The translations under genes and the position numbers were made by a program. A stretch of DNA of 63,487 nt, filler included, from Octopus bimaculoides (taxonomy: Eukaryota): NCBI RefSeq assembly GCF_001194135.2. It is 8 parts of 7 records of this genome, joined end to end, with 100 filler letters (N's around TTAATTAATTAA, not from the genome) between each part and the next. Parts side by side here need not be neighbours in the genome. Positions count along the whole stretch, not along the records: positions 51,736 to 55,725 come from NC_068985.1; positions 55,826 to 60,319 come from NC_069007.1; positions 60,420 to 63,487 come from NC_069001.1; 5 more parts are not named here. The stretch is one strand, 5' to 3'. The first letter of the stretch is position 1; the number at the start of each line of letters is the position of its first letter. The notes under the pieces were generated by a model. That model searched no databases. It was not told where the DNA came from and saw only the letters and a program-made list of their open reading frames with translations. This document shows, one piece after another, positions 52,320 through 63,487 of this stretch.

Positions 52320-52404
52320 CTATATATATCTATATNNNNNNNNNNNNNNNNNNNNNNNNNNNNTATATATATATATATATTCAGAGTTTGTGTAAATCTA
52401 TATA

Positions 52405-52973
52405 GAATAAAGTTAAAACATATTCTGGTTTTCCCGTTTTTTATTATTGTATTTTTAAAAAAATTACAATGTTGAAAAATGTTAAACATTAAAAAAATAT
52501 TTTGTAATGTTCATAAAATTCAATTAGTTCGTTTATAGTTCGTAGTATTCATCAAATTTCAAAATGCATTTACATTACAGTCGAGTTCTTGACAACTATA
52601 GTAAAATGAATGACTTCTTCCTTTTTTCTTAGAAGACTCCAGCAAGTTGAATTTTTGGAATATGGTTTTGACTAATCCACATGCAGCTTAAACGTTATGT
52701 TTTCCCGGCCGTACCGATATTCCTGACATAGATCCCGCCTTTAATTTAACCAATTATATGTATAAAAAGGAAGAAGTCCGTCTTTTTACTATAGTTGTCA
52801 AGAACTCAAATGTCAGTTAGATACATTTTGAAATCTGATAATTACTACGAAGGTATGAAAGCGCTAATTGAACTTCTTGAGCATTACAGAATATTTTTTA
52901 ACGTTTAACATACTTCAATATTGCAAGAAAATGTGTTACATACAAAAACCAGACCATGTTTTAAACTTATTCA
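52405..52973. mobile_element. Foldback/MITE-like element with ~210-220-bp imperfect inverted arms
   Basis: Left arm ~52405-52626 is the reverse complement of right arm ~52764-52973. Near-perfect core gagttcttgacaactatagtaaaa / tttttactatagttgtcaagaactc; matches continue outwards (ttcgtagta, ttcaattag, atgttaaac, aaaacat..tctggtttt). Spacer ~135 bp. Confidence 0.85.
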
Positions 52974-53506
52974 ACTGATATATATCTAAGAAATGGAACA
53001 CAAAGCAATAAATGGAACACTTATAAATTCAATTCAATTTAAATATTTCATACAAATAATTTCAGTTAGAATATTTACTTATTTATGATTAAGCTCGCTC
53101 TTAAAAATCGTTTTCGAAAAGCCTTAGCAGTTATAAATATTTTCAATTGACATTTTTCGTGAAATATTGGAGGAGATATGTCGATCTGATGAAGCATCAT
53201 TACATATTTAAACGGATTTGATAATTTTTGAAAAACTTCGTTTCATTAATGAAGCGGAAACAGCTGTAATTTATGAGATGTGTCATTTGTTTGCACAACA
53301 TATTTAAACAGAATTAAATTTATAATTCTTCAATTTATTGTTTTGTTTTCCATTTCTTATTTATATTTATATATTAATAAACTGTATGTCTTTTGTTATC
53401 TATCCATTGGAGTAACATTGTCATTGATATAGGTCATATAAACCAGTAAATTCTTTGGATATTTGATAGCCCTTAGGTAAATTTTAGACGTAGTTACATT
53501 GATATG

Positions 53507-53568
<62 letters not shown>

Positions 53569-53639
53569 TGTGTGCGTGTGTGTGTGTGTGTGTGAGTGAG
53601 TGAGTGTGTGTAAAGAATGGTAGATAGATAAATACAAAG

Positions 53640-53670
<31 letters not shown>

Positions 53671-53720
53671 TATCCATGTATACTATGTGTGTGTTTGTCT
53701 GTGTCTCTATGTGTGAATGT

Positions 53721-54261
53721 GCTTTGACGCGTAAAAACGTAGAGAAAAAACACGTAGGTGTGTTCTAGTCATCCAGAATTGAGTTTCGACTGAATGAGCG
53801 TGGTTTAGTGTTTAATTGAAGAACTGATGATCGTAAGAATGTGGTTTCGATACCTGGACCGAGCAATGCATTATATTCCATTCCATGTTGATCCAGTTTA
53901 CCTGTGCGTGTGTGCGATGTGTGTTATAAATAGTTCGTGGTGTATACTCGAACACCCCAACATTATTTTCAAAGTTATTTTTTGCCTATTATATCCTGAT
54001 ATTAAGTCTTTTTCATTCCTCAATAACATGTCAACTTTGGAGAGTGTTATATATTCTTGCGATTATCTCATTGAACTGTTTCCGTAACATATTTTGGCGT
54101 ACCCTCTAAGTTCGGAGATAAGTTTAGTAAATCAAGAATATTTCTTGTATGGTATGCGATGTATCTATATATTTTTATATGTGTTAGTGTATGATATACA
54201 TACATACACGCACACACAGACATATACACACACACGCATACACACACACACAAGCACACAC

Positions 54262-54302
<41 letters not shown>

Positions 54303-54612
54303 NNNNNNNNNNNNNNNNNNNNNNNNNNNNNNNNNNNNNNNNNNNNNNNNNNNNNNNNNNNNNNNNNNNNNNNNNNNTATATATGTTCGTGTATATACAT
54401 ATATATATATACTGTGAAATAAAATTGATATGACACACCTGGTAATGGATAACACGTTTAGGAATATGACGTCTAATTTATTTGATCTTCTCGTTTCTAT
54501 TGCAACACCCCTTTCACATTTTTCAAGCACAGATTAAACAATTTGCTTTGACGCGTAGAAACGTAGAGACAAAACACGCAGGTGTGTTTTATTCGTTCAG
54601 AATTGATTTTGA
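53721..54612 (+). repeat. ~68-bp direct repeat (53721-53788 and 54545-54612)
   Basis: Both copies read gctttgacgcgta(a/g)aaacgtagaga(a/c)aaaacacg(t/c)aggtgtgtt..cagaattga. Confidence 0.85.
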
Positions 54613-55678
54613 AACAGTCGTTAACTTTCTAACAATGTAAGGCTCGTTATTTTTAATTGATATGTCAAAAAGAATATGTAAAATATACTTAACATCACAA
54701 AATTTGATTGAGACACACTTATACATTTAGACACAATATAATAAATAAAATCATTTTTCTTCTTTAGATGTCAAGGTGATAAAGATAATTTTTTTTGTTT
54801 CGTAAAACAATGACTATTACTTTGTGGTGTCTAGGAATAATCATTATCCTAGTATTATTAACGCACGCACTGGTTCAAAAACAAAACGAATATTACGTTA
54901 TTCTACATAAAGCAAAGAAAGCGCAATAAATTCACACTTGTTGGAATAAATATGCCACAATATTTAAATCTGCATGCTGTATCATTGTTTCACGCCCTTA
55001 AGTCTGGAATGATGTTTCTTTTTCTTCAGACGCTTAAATCAAATCCTATATTTTAATATATAGGATAAACCTTTAGTGGTTTACGCTTCAGGTGTCTGGA
55101 GACATTGTTTATGGTCCTAGGTAGTTTGGTTGTTCGACCTACCAAATACAACAGTTGATTCTCCTTCATGTCGAACCCTTATAATTAATAAGAAAGATAC
55201 CATTAAATAATATAGTTCTAAGCAATATAAAAAGGATTGCCATGGCCTCTGATCATATACACGCGCGTTTAGTTTTCTCCTAAGATTAAATGATGTTACC
55301 ATTATCACACAACGAAAATGAAATTATACGTTATATCCTTGCCAAAAGCGTACTTGTTACTTCCTTCATTTCAACAATTGCTTGGAACTTGTTTCTTGTG
55401 GTTTCATCAACGCAAGTGGACGACATAAAGACACAGCCAACTAGTGAAGCTCTCTTCGATTCAATGCAATGTTACTATTCTGGAATGCAGATATTGCAGT
55501 ATATCTGTTTGTGCATACTAACTCGATCAATAATGATTCGCCAAAGAGTGCTTATAGCTATGATGCTATGAAACAGTTATTCTCCTCAATAAATTAAGGA
55601 AGGTTTACAAATGCGTGTGAATGTGCAAGTGGGGGGTGTATACACACACACTTATGTATGCGTGAGTATGCATATGTA

Positions 55679-55725
<47 letters not shown>

Positions 55726-56093
55726 NNNNNNNNNNNNNNNNNNNNNNNNNNNNNNNNNNNNNNNNNNNNTTAATTAATTAANNNNNNNNNNNNNNNNNNN
55801 NNNNNNNNNNNNNNNNNNNNNNNNNTATATATATATACATATATAGTATATATGTATAGCGTCCCCTGTCTAATGCTAAGACATTGCGAAAGTGAAATTA
55901 ACTGCCATATTGGTTGGAAGATAATATCGCGTATGGAGGTGTTGTGTTTCAAAACGTGATTATGTCAGTGGTAGACGAAAATTTTCCAGCTAAGTTGCGG
56001 AGATATAAATACAACCGCAGACAGTACGACACACGGACACAAAGACACACACACACACACATACACACCACACACATACACACACAGTGGTAT

Positions 56094-56180
56094 ACGACAG
56101 GCTTCTTTCAGTTTCCGTCTGCAAATCCACTCACAAGGCTTTGCTCAGCCAGAGGCTATAGCAGAAGACACTTACTGAAG
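56094..56180 (-). mobile_element. SINE family A 3' fragment
   Basis: ggcttctttcagtttccgtct..aaatccactcacaaggcttt..gaggctatag..gaagacactt. Confidence 0.8.
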
Positions 56181-56217
56181 TTGTAATGCAGTGTGACTGT
56201 GCGTGTGCGTGTGTGCT

Positions 56218-56255
<38 letters not shown>

Positions 56256-56362
56256 TTTATGAACTCAATGGTACGGTGAATATAAAACAAAACCAAAACT
56301 ACTACTGCTGCTACTACTACTTCTATAACAACTGGAACAAATAATAATAAGAACAGCAACAA

Positions 56363-56464
<102 letters not shown>

Positions 56465-56467
56465 TGA

Positions 56468-56674
56468 TCCTTTCTACTAAAGGCACAAGGTCTGAAGTTT
56501 GGCGGAAGGGAATAGTCAATTACATCGACCCCAACTGGTACTTATTTTATAGATCCAGAAAGGATGAAAAGCAAAATCGACCTGGAGGGAATTCGAACTC
56601 AGAACGTAAAGTCGGACGAAATGCTGTTGAACATTTCCTCTGGAGTGCAAACAATTCTTCCAGCTCACCACCTA

Positions 56675-56734
<60 letters not shown>

Positions 56735-56881
56735 GCTGCTGCTGTCTTTCTTAGCCACGATGGCGTGAAATGTCCAATGATAATCGAAACCTCCCTTGCT
56801 CGAACTCAGAACGTAAAGTCGGAAGAAATGCTGTTGAACATTTCCTCTGGAGTGCAAACAATTCTTCCAGCTCACCACCTA

Positions 56882-56965
<84 letters not shown>

Positions 56966-57020
56966 CTTTCGTAGCCACGATGGCGTGAAATGTCCAATGA
57001 TAATCGAAACCCCCCTTGCT
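56468..57020 (+). repeat. Family C repeat (56468-56660) whose 3' part plus flank is tandemly duplicated (56593-56799 and 56800-57019)
   Basis: Two near-identical units tcgaactcagaacgtaaagtcgga..(TAC)n(TGC)n..gatggcgtgaaatgtccaatgataatcgaaacc..ccttgc. Confidence 0.9.
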
Positions 57021-58284
57021 CGTTTCCCGACGTATTTTACAAGCAAAGAGGTATTGGCCTTTGTTACACTCCTTTCCTATGTCTATTTCTTTTTCAGAAT
57101 GTAACCTATGTCCTCAGCCTCTCTTCCATGAAAGATGCTTAGAAAATTGCTGCAATTGAAATTATCGTTACCAGAAATATAATCATATTGTTTTCCGCTC
57201 AAGATTTTGTTTTACCTATTAGTTGAAACGGATGCACTTTTGTCGTCTGTTTTACACCTTTTTTTATAACACTGTATTAGAATGTTCCAGGAGTTGTTAA
57301 AGGATTTCTTTGATGGGATTTCGGTCGTATGCTATAGTCTCCAGCGCTTCTTCTTGCATTTCGAGAAGAGAATATATTGAATTACTAGGGTATGGCATTT
57401 TAAAAGACTTTTGTAACTACCTAAAAGGGAAACGGTTTATTTTCTATCCCAGCAATTGGGTAGAAATCTTTTGCCTAGAAAATGGAGGAGGAAAAAAATA
57501 CAACGTTTCTTTCATCAAATATATTGGAATAAATCCCAACATTTCGCAGATCTGTCTTGAAGACATCTGCACACTTGAACAGAAAGTAGTAGTTGTAATA
57601 GTAATAACAAGAACAAGAGCAATACGAACAACAGTAACAACAACAACAACAGCAACAATAATAAGAATTAAAATAATGTTAATAATAATCGTTGAACGAA
57701 TGTCAGAAAATAGCAACAGGAGATGAAAAAGTTGAATAAGGAGAAATAAGTTGACGGATGCATTAGAAACGAGAAAAAAATGACCCAAAGCCAAACATAT
57801 ACATATATGTGTGTGTATATGCGTGTGAATGTGTGTATATGTAAGTATGCATATATACACACAGAGGTATATGTATATAATATATATATATGATATATAA
57901 TAGGTAATATAAATCATATACATATATACATACACACACGCACATANNNNNNNNNNTATGTATATATATATATACATATATATATATACATATTTACGTA
58001 TACATAGAGATACAAACACACAGACACAGGCACAAACGCATGCACACATGTTATACATGTGTGTACGTTCTTATAAACATGTACACACACCTGTACATCA
58101 CATACACATGCATGTGTATGTGCATGTGTGTGTATGTATACCTGCGTTCATAAGAAAGGATGAACCAAGTGGGTGGATGTCATTTTGTCAAAATATATAT
58201 ACCGACATACAGATAGTCTTACACAAATATACATACATATATATATACACACATATATATATAGACATATATACACGCATATAT

Positions 58285-58545
58285 AGGGAGAATTCACCAA
58301 AAAAAAAGAAACAAACAAACAGACAAAAGATAAAGACAGGTGGTGTAGAAAACAAACAGACGTATTAGTATAACGCTCGGGAAGTGAAAAAGTTTTTAAT
58401 GTTTCGAGCCTACGCTCTTCTACAGAAAGGAACACTGAAAGAAACAAGGTGAGAAAAAAGGAAAGTGTAGTGGTTAGCGATCTATCATGGGCGAAATCAT
58501 GCGGTTGGGGGAGCAAACTTCTCACCACAAAGCCAGACCTGTGCT
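58285..58545 (-). mobile_element. Penelope-like terminal repeat with degenerate hammerhead (~58394-58429)
   Basis: Minus strand cttt-CTGTAGA-A-GAGC(gtag)GCTC-GAAAC-att-aaaa. Same family as 21550-21750, opposite orientation. Confidence 0.6.
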
Positions 58546-59434
58546 TATANNNNNNNNNNNNNNNNNNNNNNNNNNNNNNNNNNNNNNNNNNNNNNNNNNN
58601 NNNNNNNNNNNNNNNNNNNNNNNNNNNNNNNNNNNNNNNNNNNNNNNNNNNNNNNNNNNNNNNNNNNNNNNNNNNNNNNNNNNNNNNNNNNNNNNNNNNN
58701 NNNNNNNNNNNNNNNNNNNNNNNNNNNNNNNNNNNNNNNNNNNNNNNNNNNNNNNNNNNNNNNNNNNNNNNNNNNNNNNNNNNNNNNNNNNNNNNNNNNN
58801 NNNNNNNNNNNNNNNNNNNNNNNNNNNNNNNNNNNNNNNNNNNNNNNNNNNNNNNNNNNNNNNNNNNNNNNNNNNNNNNNNNNNNNNNNNNNNNNNNNNN
58901 NNNNNNNNNNNNNNNNNNNNNNNNNNNNNNNNNNNNNNNNNNNNNNNNNNNNNNNNNNNNNNNNNNNNNNNNNNNNNNNNNNNNNNNNNNNNNNNNNNNN
59001 NNNNNNNNNNNNNNNNNNNNNNNNNNNNNNNNNNNNNNNNNNNNNNNNNNNNNNNNNNNNNNNNNNNNNNNNNNNNNNNNNNNNNNNNNNNNNNNNNNNN
59101 NNNNNNNNNNNNNNNNNNNNNNNNNNNNNNNNNNNNNNNNNNNNNNNNNNNNNNNNNNNNNNNNNNNNNNNNNNNNNNNNNNNNNNNNNNNNNNNNNNNN
59201 NNNNNNNNNNNNNNNNNNNNNNNNNNNNNNNNNNNNNNNNNNNNNNNNNNNNNNNNNNNNNNNNNNNNNNNNNNNNNNNNNNNNNNNNNNNNNNNNNNNN
59301 NNNNNNNNNNNNNNNNNNNNNNNNNNNNNNNNNNNNNNNNNNNNNNNNNNNNNNNNNNNNNNNNNNNNNNNNNNNNNNNNNNNNNNNNNNNNNNNNNNNN
59401 NNNNNNNNNNNNNNNNNNNNNNNNTGTATATATA

Positions 59435-59499
<65 letters not shown>

Positions 59500-60159
59500 C
59501 TGTATGTATGTAAGTATGTATGTGTATGTGTGTGTGTGTGTGTTTGTGTATGCATGTGTGTGCGTGTTTGTATACGTGTGAAGTGTATGCATAATAGGAC
59601 GTTAAGCTGTAAACCATAACCCGTATTAGCGCATCATGATTAACCCGCAATTATCTGTGTTATATCACAGGACACCCACTCAGCAACGACCTCTTATTAT
59701 AGAGCAGAGACGGGTACGAGAACGGGGTGGGTGGTAGGCGGTGCAGGGATAATTACAGAGAAGAGTTCGGAATAGATGAATGAGAGGAGCTGGAAGAGGA
59801 GGAGACGTTGAAGGTGAGGTGGGAGGGCATTAGTCAACTATTAGAAGAGTAGGGGGAGTAGATGTGCTTCATTAGTAACATGGTATGACCGGTATATATA
59901 TAATAGTGATGGTGGTGGTGAAGGGGTGGTGTCACTGTTGTCGGTGGTGGTGTCGGTGATATTGGTGGTGTTGGTGTTGTTGGTGGGGGTGGTTTTCGTG
60001 TTAGCATGTGGGTGTCACGGATGGCGTCTTTTTTCGTGGTGTCGGTGGTTTTTCTCTGTTTTATAAGACAAAATATACAAGTATACGAAGTTTTAAAGTG
60101 TTTCGGTAGAAAACACACTAAATAAAACATAAAGAATGGCGCCTGCCAAATCAGAAAGG

Positions 60160-60319
60160 TCCGAATCATTAGCACGCCCGGCAAAATGCTTAACGCCATT
60201 TGGCATGTCTTTACGTTCTGAGTTCAAATTCTGCTGAGGTCGATTTTGCCTTTTATCCTGGGGCGATAAAATATTTTCCAGTTGAGCACTGGAGTCGATG
60301 CAATCAACTTACCCCTCCC
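60160..60319 (-). mobile_element. Family C repeat
   Basis: ctttacgttctgagttcaaattc..gaggtcgattttgcctttt, the reverse complement of family C. Confidence 0.75.
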
Positions 60320-61668
60320 NNNNNNNNNNNNNNNNNNNNNNNNNNNNNNNNNNNNNNNNNNNNTTAATTAATTAANNNNNNNNNNNNNNNNNNNNNNNNN
60401 NNNNNNNNNNNNNNNNNNNTTTTTTTTTTTTTCCTTCCTTCCCCCTCCCAAAAAGAAAAGCTCTACATTGTATTTGTCCCATCTTCGTTGAGCCCTGTGT
60501 GGCTAATAAAAGAAATGTATCTATCTATCCATCTATCTCTTTTTTAGTATTGCGGTCTACCTAATGGTGATCCCTGTTTCATGTGGCCCGGTTCTCGGAA
60601 GAGGTTGTTCTTGCTTGGACTGAAACCCATCAAGGTGGTGCTCCAGCATGGCCGCAGTCCAATACCAGAAACAAGGAAACGATCAAGGATCTTTTCTGTT
60701 TGGTTGCCAGTGGCTGCCAGCGTCAAATTTCTGTTCGAATTGATTTCATATTCAGTGTAAATGATACACTATTATAGGCTAATTAATGACGTGAAAGTAA
60801 TTATTGCTATAAATCAATAAATGATGAGTTATTAGTAATTAAAGTTTGAAAATTTTGGTAATTTTAACCAATCGTAAGCCACAGACACATTCATGGCTGT
60901 TTCGATAGTAAGAAGCGGAACATGAGAACTCTTTTGCCTGTCGCCATAGTAACAGTCTTTGAAAAGTCTTATATCTGCGAGGAAGCACGTGTTGACAAAT
61001 GTATTCTTTTATTCTTTTATTCTTTTATTCTTTTATTCTTTTATTCTTTTATTCTTTTATTCTTTTATTCTTTTACTTGTTTCAGGCATTTGACTGNNNN
61101 NNNNNNNNNNNNNNNNNNNNNNNNNNNNNNNNNNNNNNNNNNNNNNNNNNNNNNNNNNNNNNNNNNNNNNNNNNNNNNNNNNNNNNNNNNNNNNNNNNNN
61201 NNNNNNNNNNNNNNNNNNNNNNNNNNNNNNNNNNNNNNNNNNNNNNNNNNNNNNNNNNNNNNNNNNNNNNNNNNNNNNNNNNNNNNNNNNNNNNNNNNNN
61301 NNNNNNNNNNNNNNNNNNNNNNNNNNNNNNNNNNNNNNNNNNNNNNNNNNNNNNNNNNNNNNNNNNNNNNNNNNNNNNNNNNNNNNNNNNNNNNNNNNNN
61401 NNNNNNNNNNNNNNNNNNNNNNNNNNNNNNNNNNNNNNNNNNNNNNNNNNNNNNNNNNNNNNNNNNNNNNNNNNNNNNNNNNNNNNNNNNNNNNNNNNNN
61501 NNNNNNNNNNNNNNNNNNNNNNNNNNNNNNNNNNNNNNNNNNNNNNNNNNNNNNNNNNNNNNNNNNNNNNNNNNNNNNNNNNNNNNNNNNNNNNNNNNNN
61601 NNNNNNNNNNNNNNNNNNNNNNNNNNNNNNNNNNNNNNNNNNNNNNNNNNNNNNNNNNNNNNNNNNNN

Positions 61669-61702
<34 letters not shown>

Positions 61703-61704
61703 CA

Positions 61705-61910
61705 GTGTGTGTTTGTGCACCACCACTTGACAACTACTGTTGATGTTTTTACGTCCCCGTAACTAGCGGTTCAGCAAAAGAAACCGATAAAAAGGTAGCA
61801 CGCTTAAAAAGAAAAAACCCCAAAAAACTACTGGGATCGATTCATTCGACTGCAATTCCTCAAGGCGGTACCCCAGCATGGCCACAGTCCAACGACTGAA
61901 GCAAGATATA
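61705..61910 (+). mobile_element. SINE family B tail
   Basis: acgtccccgtaactagcggttcagcaaaagaaaccgata..actgggatcgattcattcgact..ggcggtaccccagcatggccacagtc. Confidence 0.8.
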
Positions 61911-62952
61911 TGAAAGATGAAAGGACGGTTTTGCAGGCTGTGTATTCCGACTTTCAGTTTGTTATGTTTTCGATTTTAAAAATAGAATCCAGCATTATTT
62001 ATGTTCACGTAGCACTTGACTAAAGCAGTTTATTATGAATAACATATGACAAGACTTAGTGACACAGTCATAACAAGCTGCTTGTTTCTGTCAAAATCAT
62101 TGGTCGGCGATAAATACGCAGTTAACATCCGGTTGTCCTGCCTTTGACCAGATCATGTTTATTGCTGATAATAATGGGAGATATGGATATGGAGGCGGTA
62201 GAGGTGGTAGTGGAGGTGGTGGTGGCGTTGGTGATTTATGAAGTAGTGGTGGTGGTGGTGATTTATGAAGTGGTGGTGGTGGTGGAGGTTATAGTGGTGG
62301 TGATGGTTTAGAAGGTAGTGTTGGGAGCGGTGTTGGGGATTTTGTGGTGGCGGCAGCAGTGGTGGTGGTGGTGGTAGTTTAGTTGGCGGTATTTGTGGTG
62401 GTGATGATTGATGGTAGTAGTAGCAATGGTGATGGTGATGATGTTGGTAGTGATGGTAGTGGTGGTAGTAGTGGTGGTAGTGATGGAAGTGGTGGCCCGG
62501 GTTATAGAGTGGTTCTTGAGTTTGGTTGCTTATCCTCAGGTCAGTTTCGCTTAATCAGAACACCGCTCTTGCACCGTCCAGCCGTGACCAGTACGTCTGA
62601 GTCATAAGTACAAGTATACATCTACGACTACCTTTTCTTTAGCTTACGGTGTTCTAGTATTTATAATTATACAAAACTATTTAGAAAGATAGACATACTG
62701 CGAGGACAATGGATATACTTTGTGGGGTCGACCTGTTATCGATATTCAACTCTCCACCGTACACAAAAGGTTAGAAGAGTCAAGTGGCAAAGACATAAAT
62801 CTGCGAGAAAAGTGCTGTTGAAATATGGGAAATTTGATGATTCAGGTTCGAATCTAATCTATGCCAAAATGAAGTACACTTCATATGTATTGTCATGCAT
62901 ATAGCTGCATGTCTAGATATGTGCATATATACTTAAATAATAAACAATACTG

Positions 62953-63032
62953 TTTTCGGTCCGGGGCTATAGTAGAAGACACTTTCCTAAGGTGCCCTGA
63001 ACGATATCAAGTTTCTTACCACACAGCCACGC
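62953..63032 (-). mobile_element. SINE family A, internally deleted
   Basis: ggtccggggctatagtagaagacactttcctaaggtgcc..cttaccacacagccacgc. Confidence 0.75.
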
Positions 63033-63038
63033 ATGTAG

Positions 63039-63069
<31 letters not shown>

Positions 63070-63094
63070 ATGTAGGGGCAGGCATGGCTGTGTA

Positions 63095-63162
<68 letters not shown>

Positions 63163-63180
63163 TATATATATATAACATAA

Positions 63181-63223
<43 letters not shown>

Positions 63224-63487
63224 TGTCTATATTTGTTTCCTTGTATTCAAATCCCACGTTAGTTACTGTGCCAATAAAAAGACACATTGAATGTCTGGGG
63301 ACAAGAGAACAGCTAGGAAGTGTTCCTGCCCCAATAGACGTTATCTGCGCAGCAGCGGACCTATCTTCTTTCACACAGATGAGGAGATTGTGTGTGTATG
63401 AGTGTATATGTGCACGTGAGAGTGTGCATGCTTGTGTGTGTGTGTGTGTTTGTGTGTGGTGTGTGTGTGTGTGTGTTTGTAGTATTT

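Noticed and set aside
55290-55571. 93-aa ORF MMLPLSHNENE..
   Set aside because: No recognisable domain or splice context, and the length is compatible with chance.
62232-62268. Two TGATTTATGA (Pbx-Hox-like) sites
   Set aside because: They arise from a small duplication inside a (GGT)n low-complexity tract.

Overview
Repeat-rich, gap-rich animal genomic DNA. The SINE families, (TA)n/(CA)n/(ATT)n microsatellites and TTAATTAATTAA scaffold linkers suggest an octopus assembly (inference). Two protein-coding signals are well supported. (1) Four 72-bp, phase-2, leucine-rich-repeat (LRR) exons at 328-5752, which the six-frame track misses. They are arranged as a tandemly duplicated A-B/A'-B' cassette whose predicted ligand-face residues all differ. 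(2) An uninterrupted RASL10-like small GTPase CDS at 15837-16472. The rest is decayed transposons (Ty3/Gypsy, R4/Dong, Tx1-like, RTE, mariner, pogo-type ends and MITEs, a long foldback element, about 20 SINE pieces, Penelope-like termini) plus simple repeats. The most interesting non-coding signals are a minimal hammerhead ribozyme with a complete core in a Penelope-like terminus (11837-11871, with two degenerate relatives), an ~80-bp-period array of ATCACGTGAC E-boxes upstream of RASL10, orphan promoter-like motif clusters (NRF1 plus X-box; ETS), and a ~570-bp foldback. Nearly all other ORFs in the track are microsatellite or N-gap artefacts. All family assignments come from motif recognition by eye, not database searches. 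Repeat boundaries are approximate.
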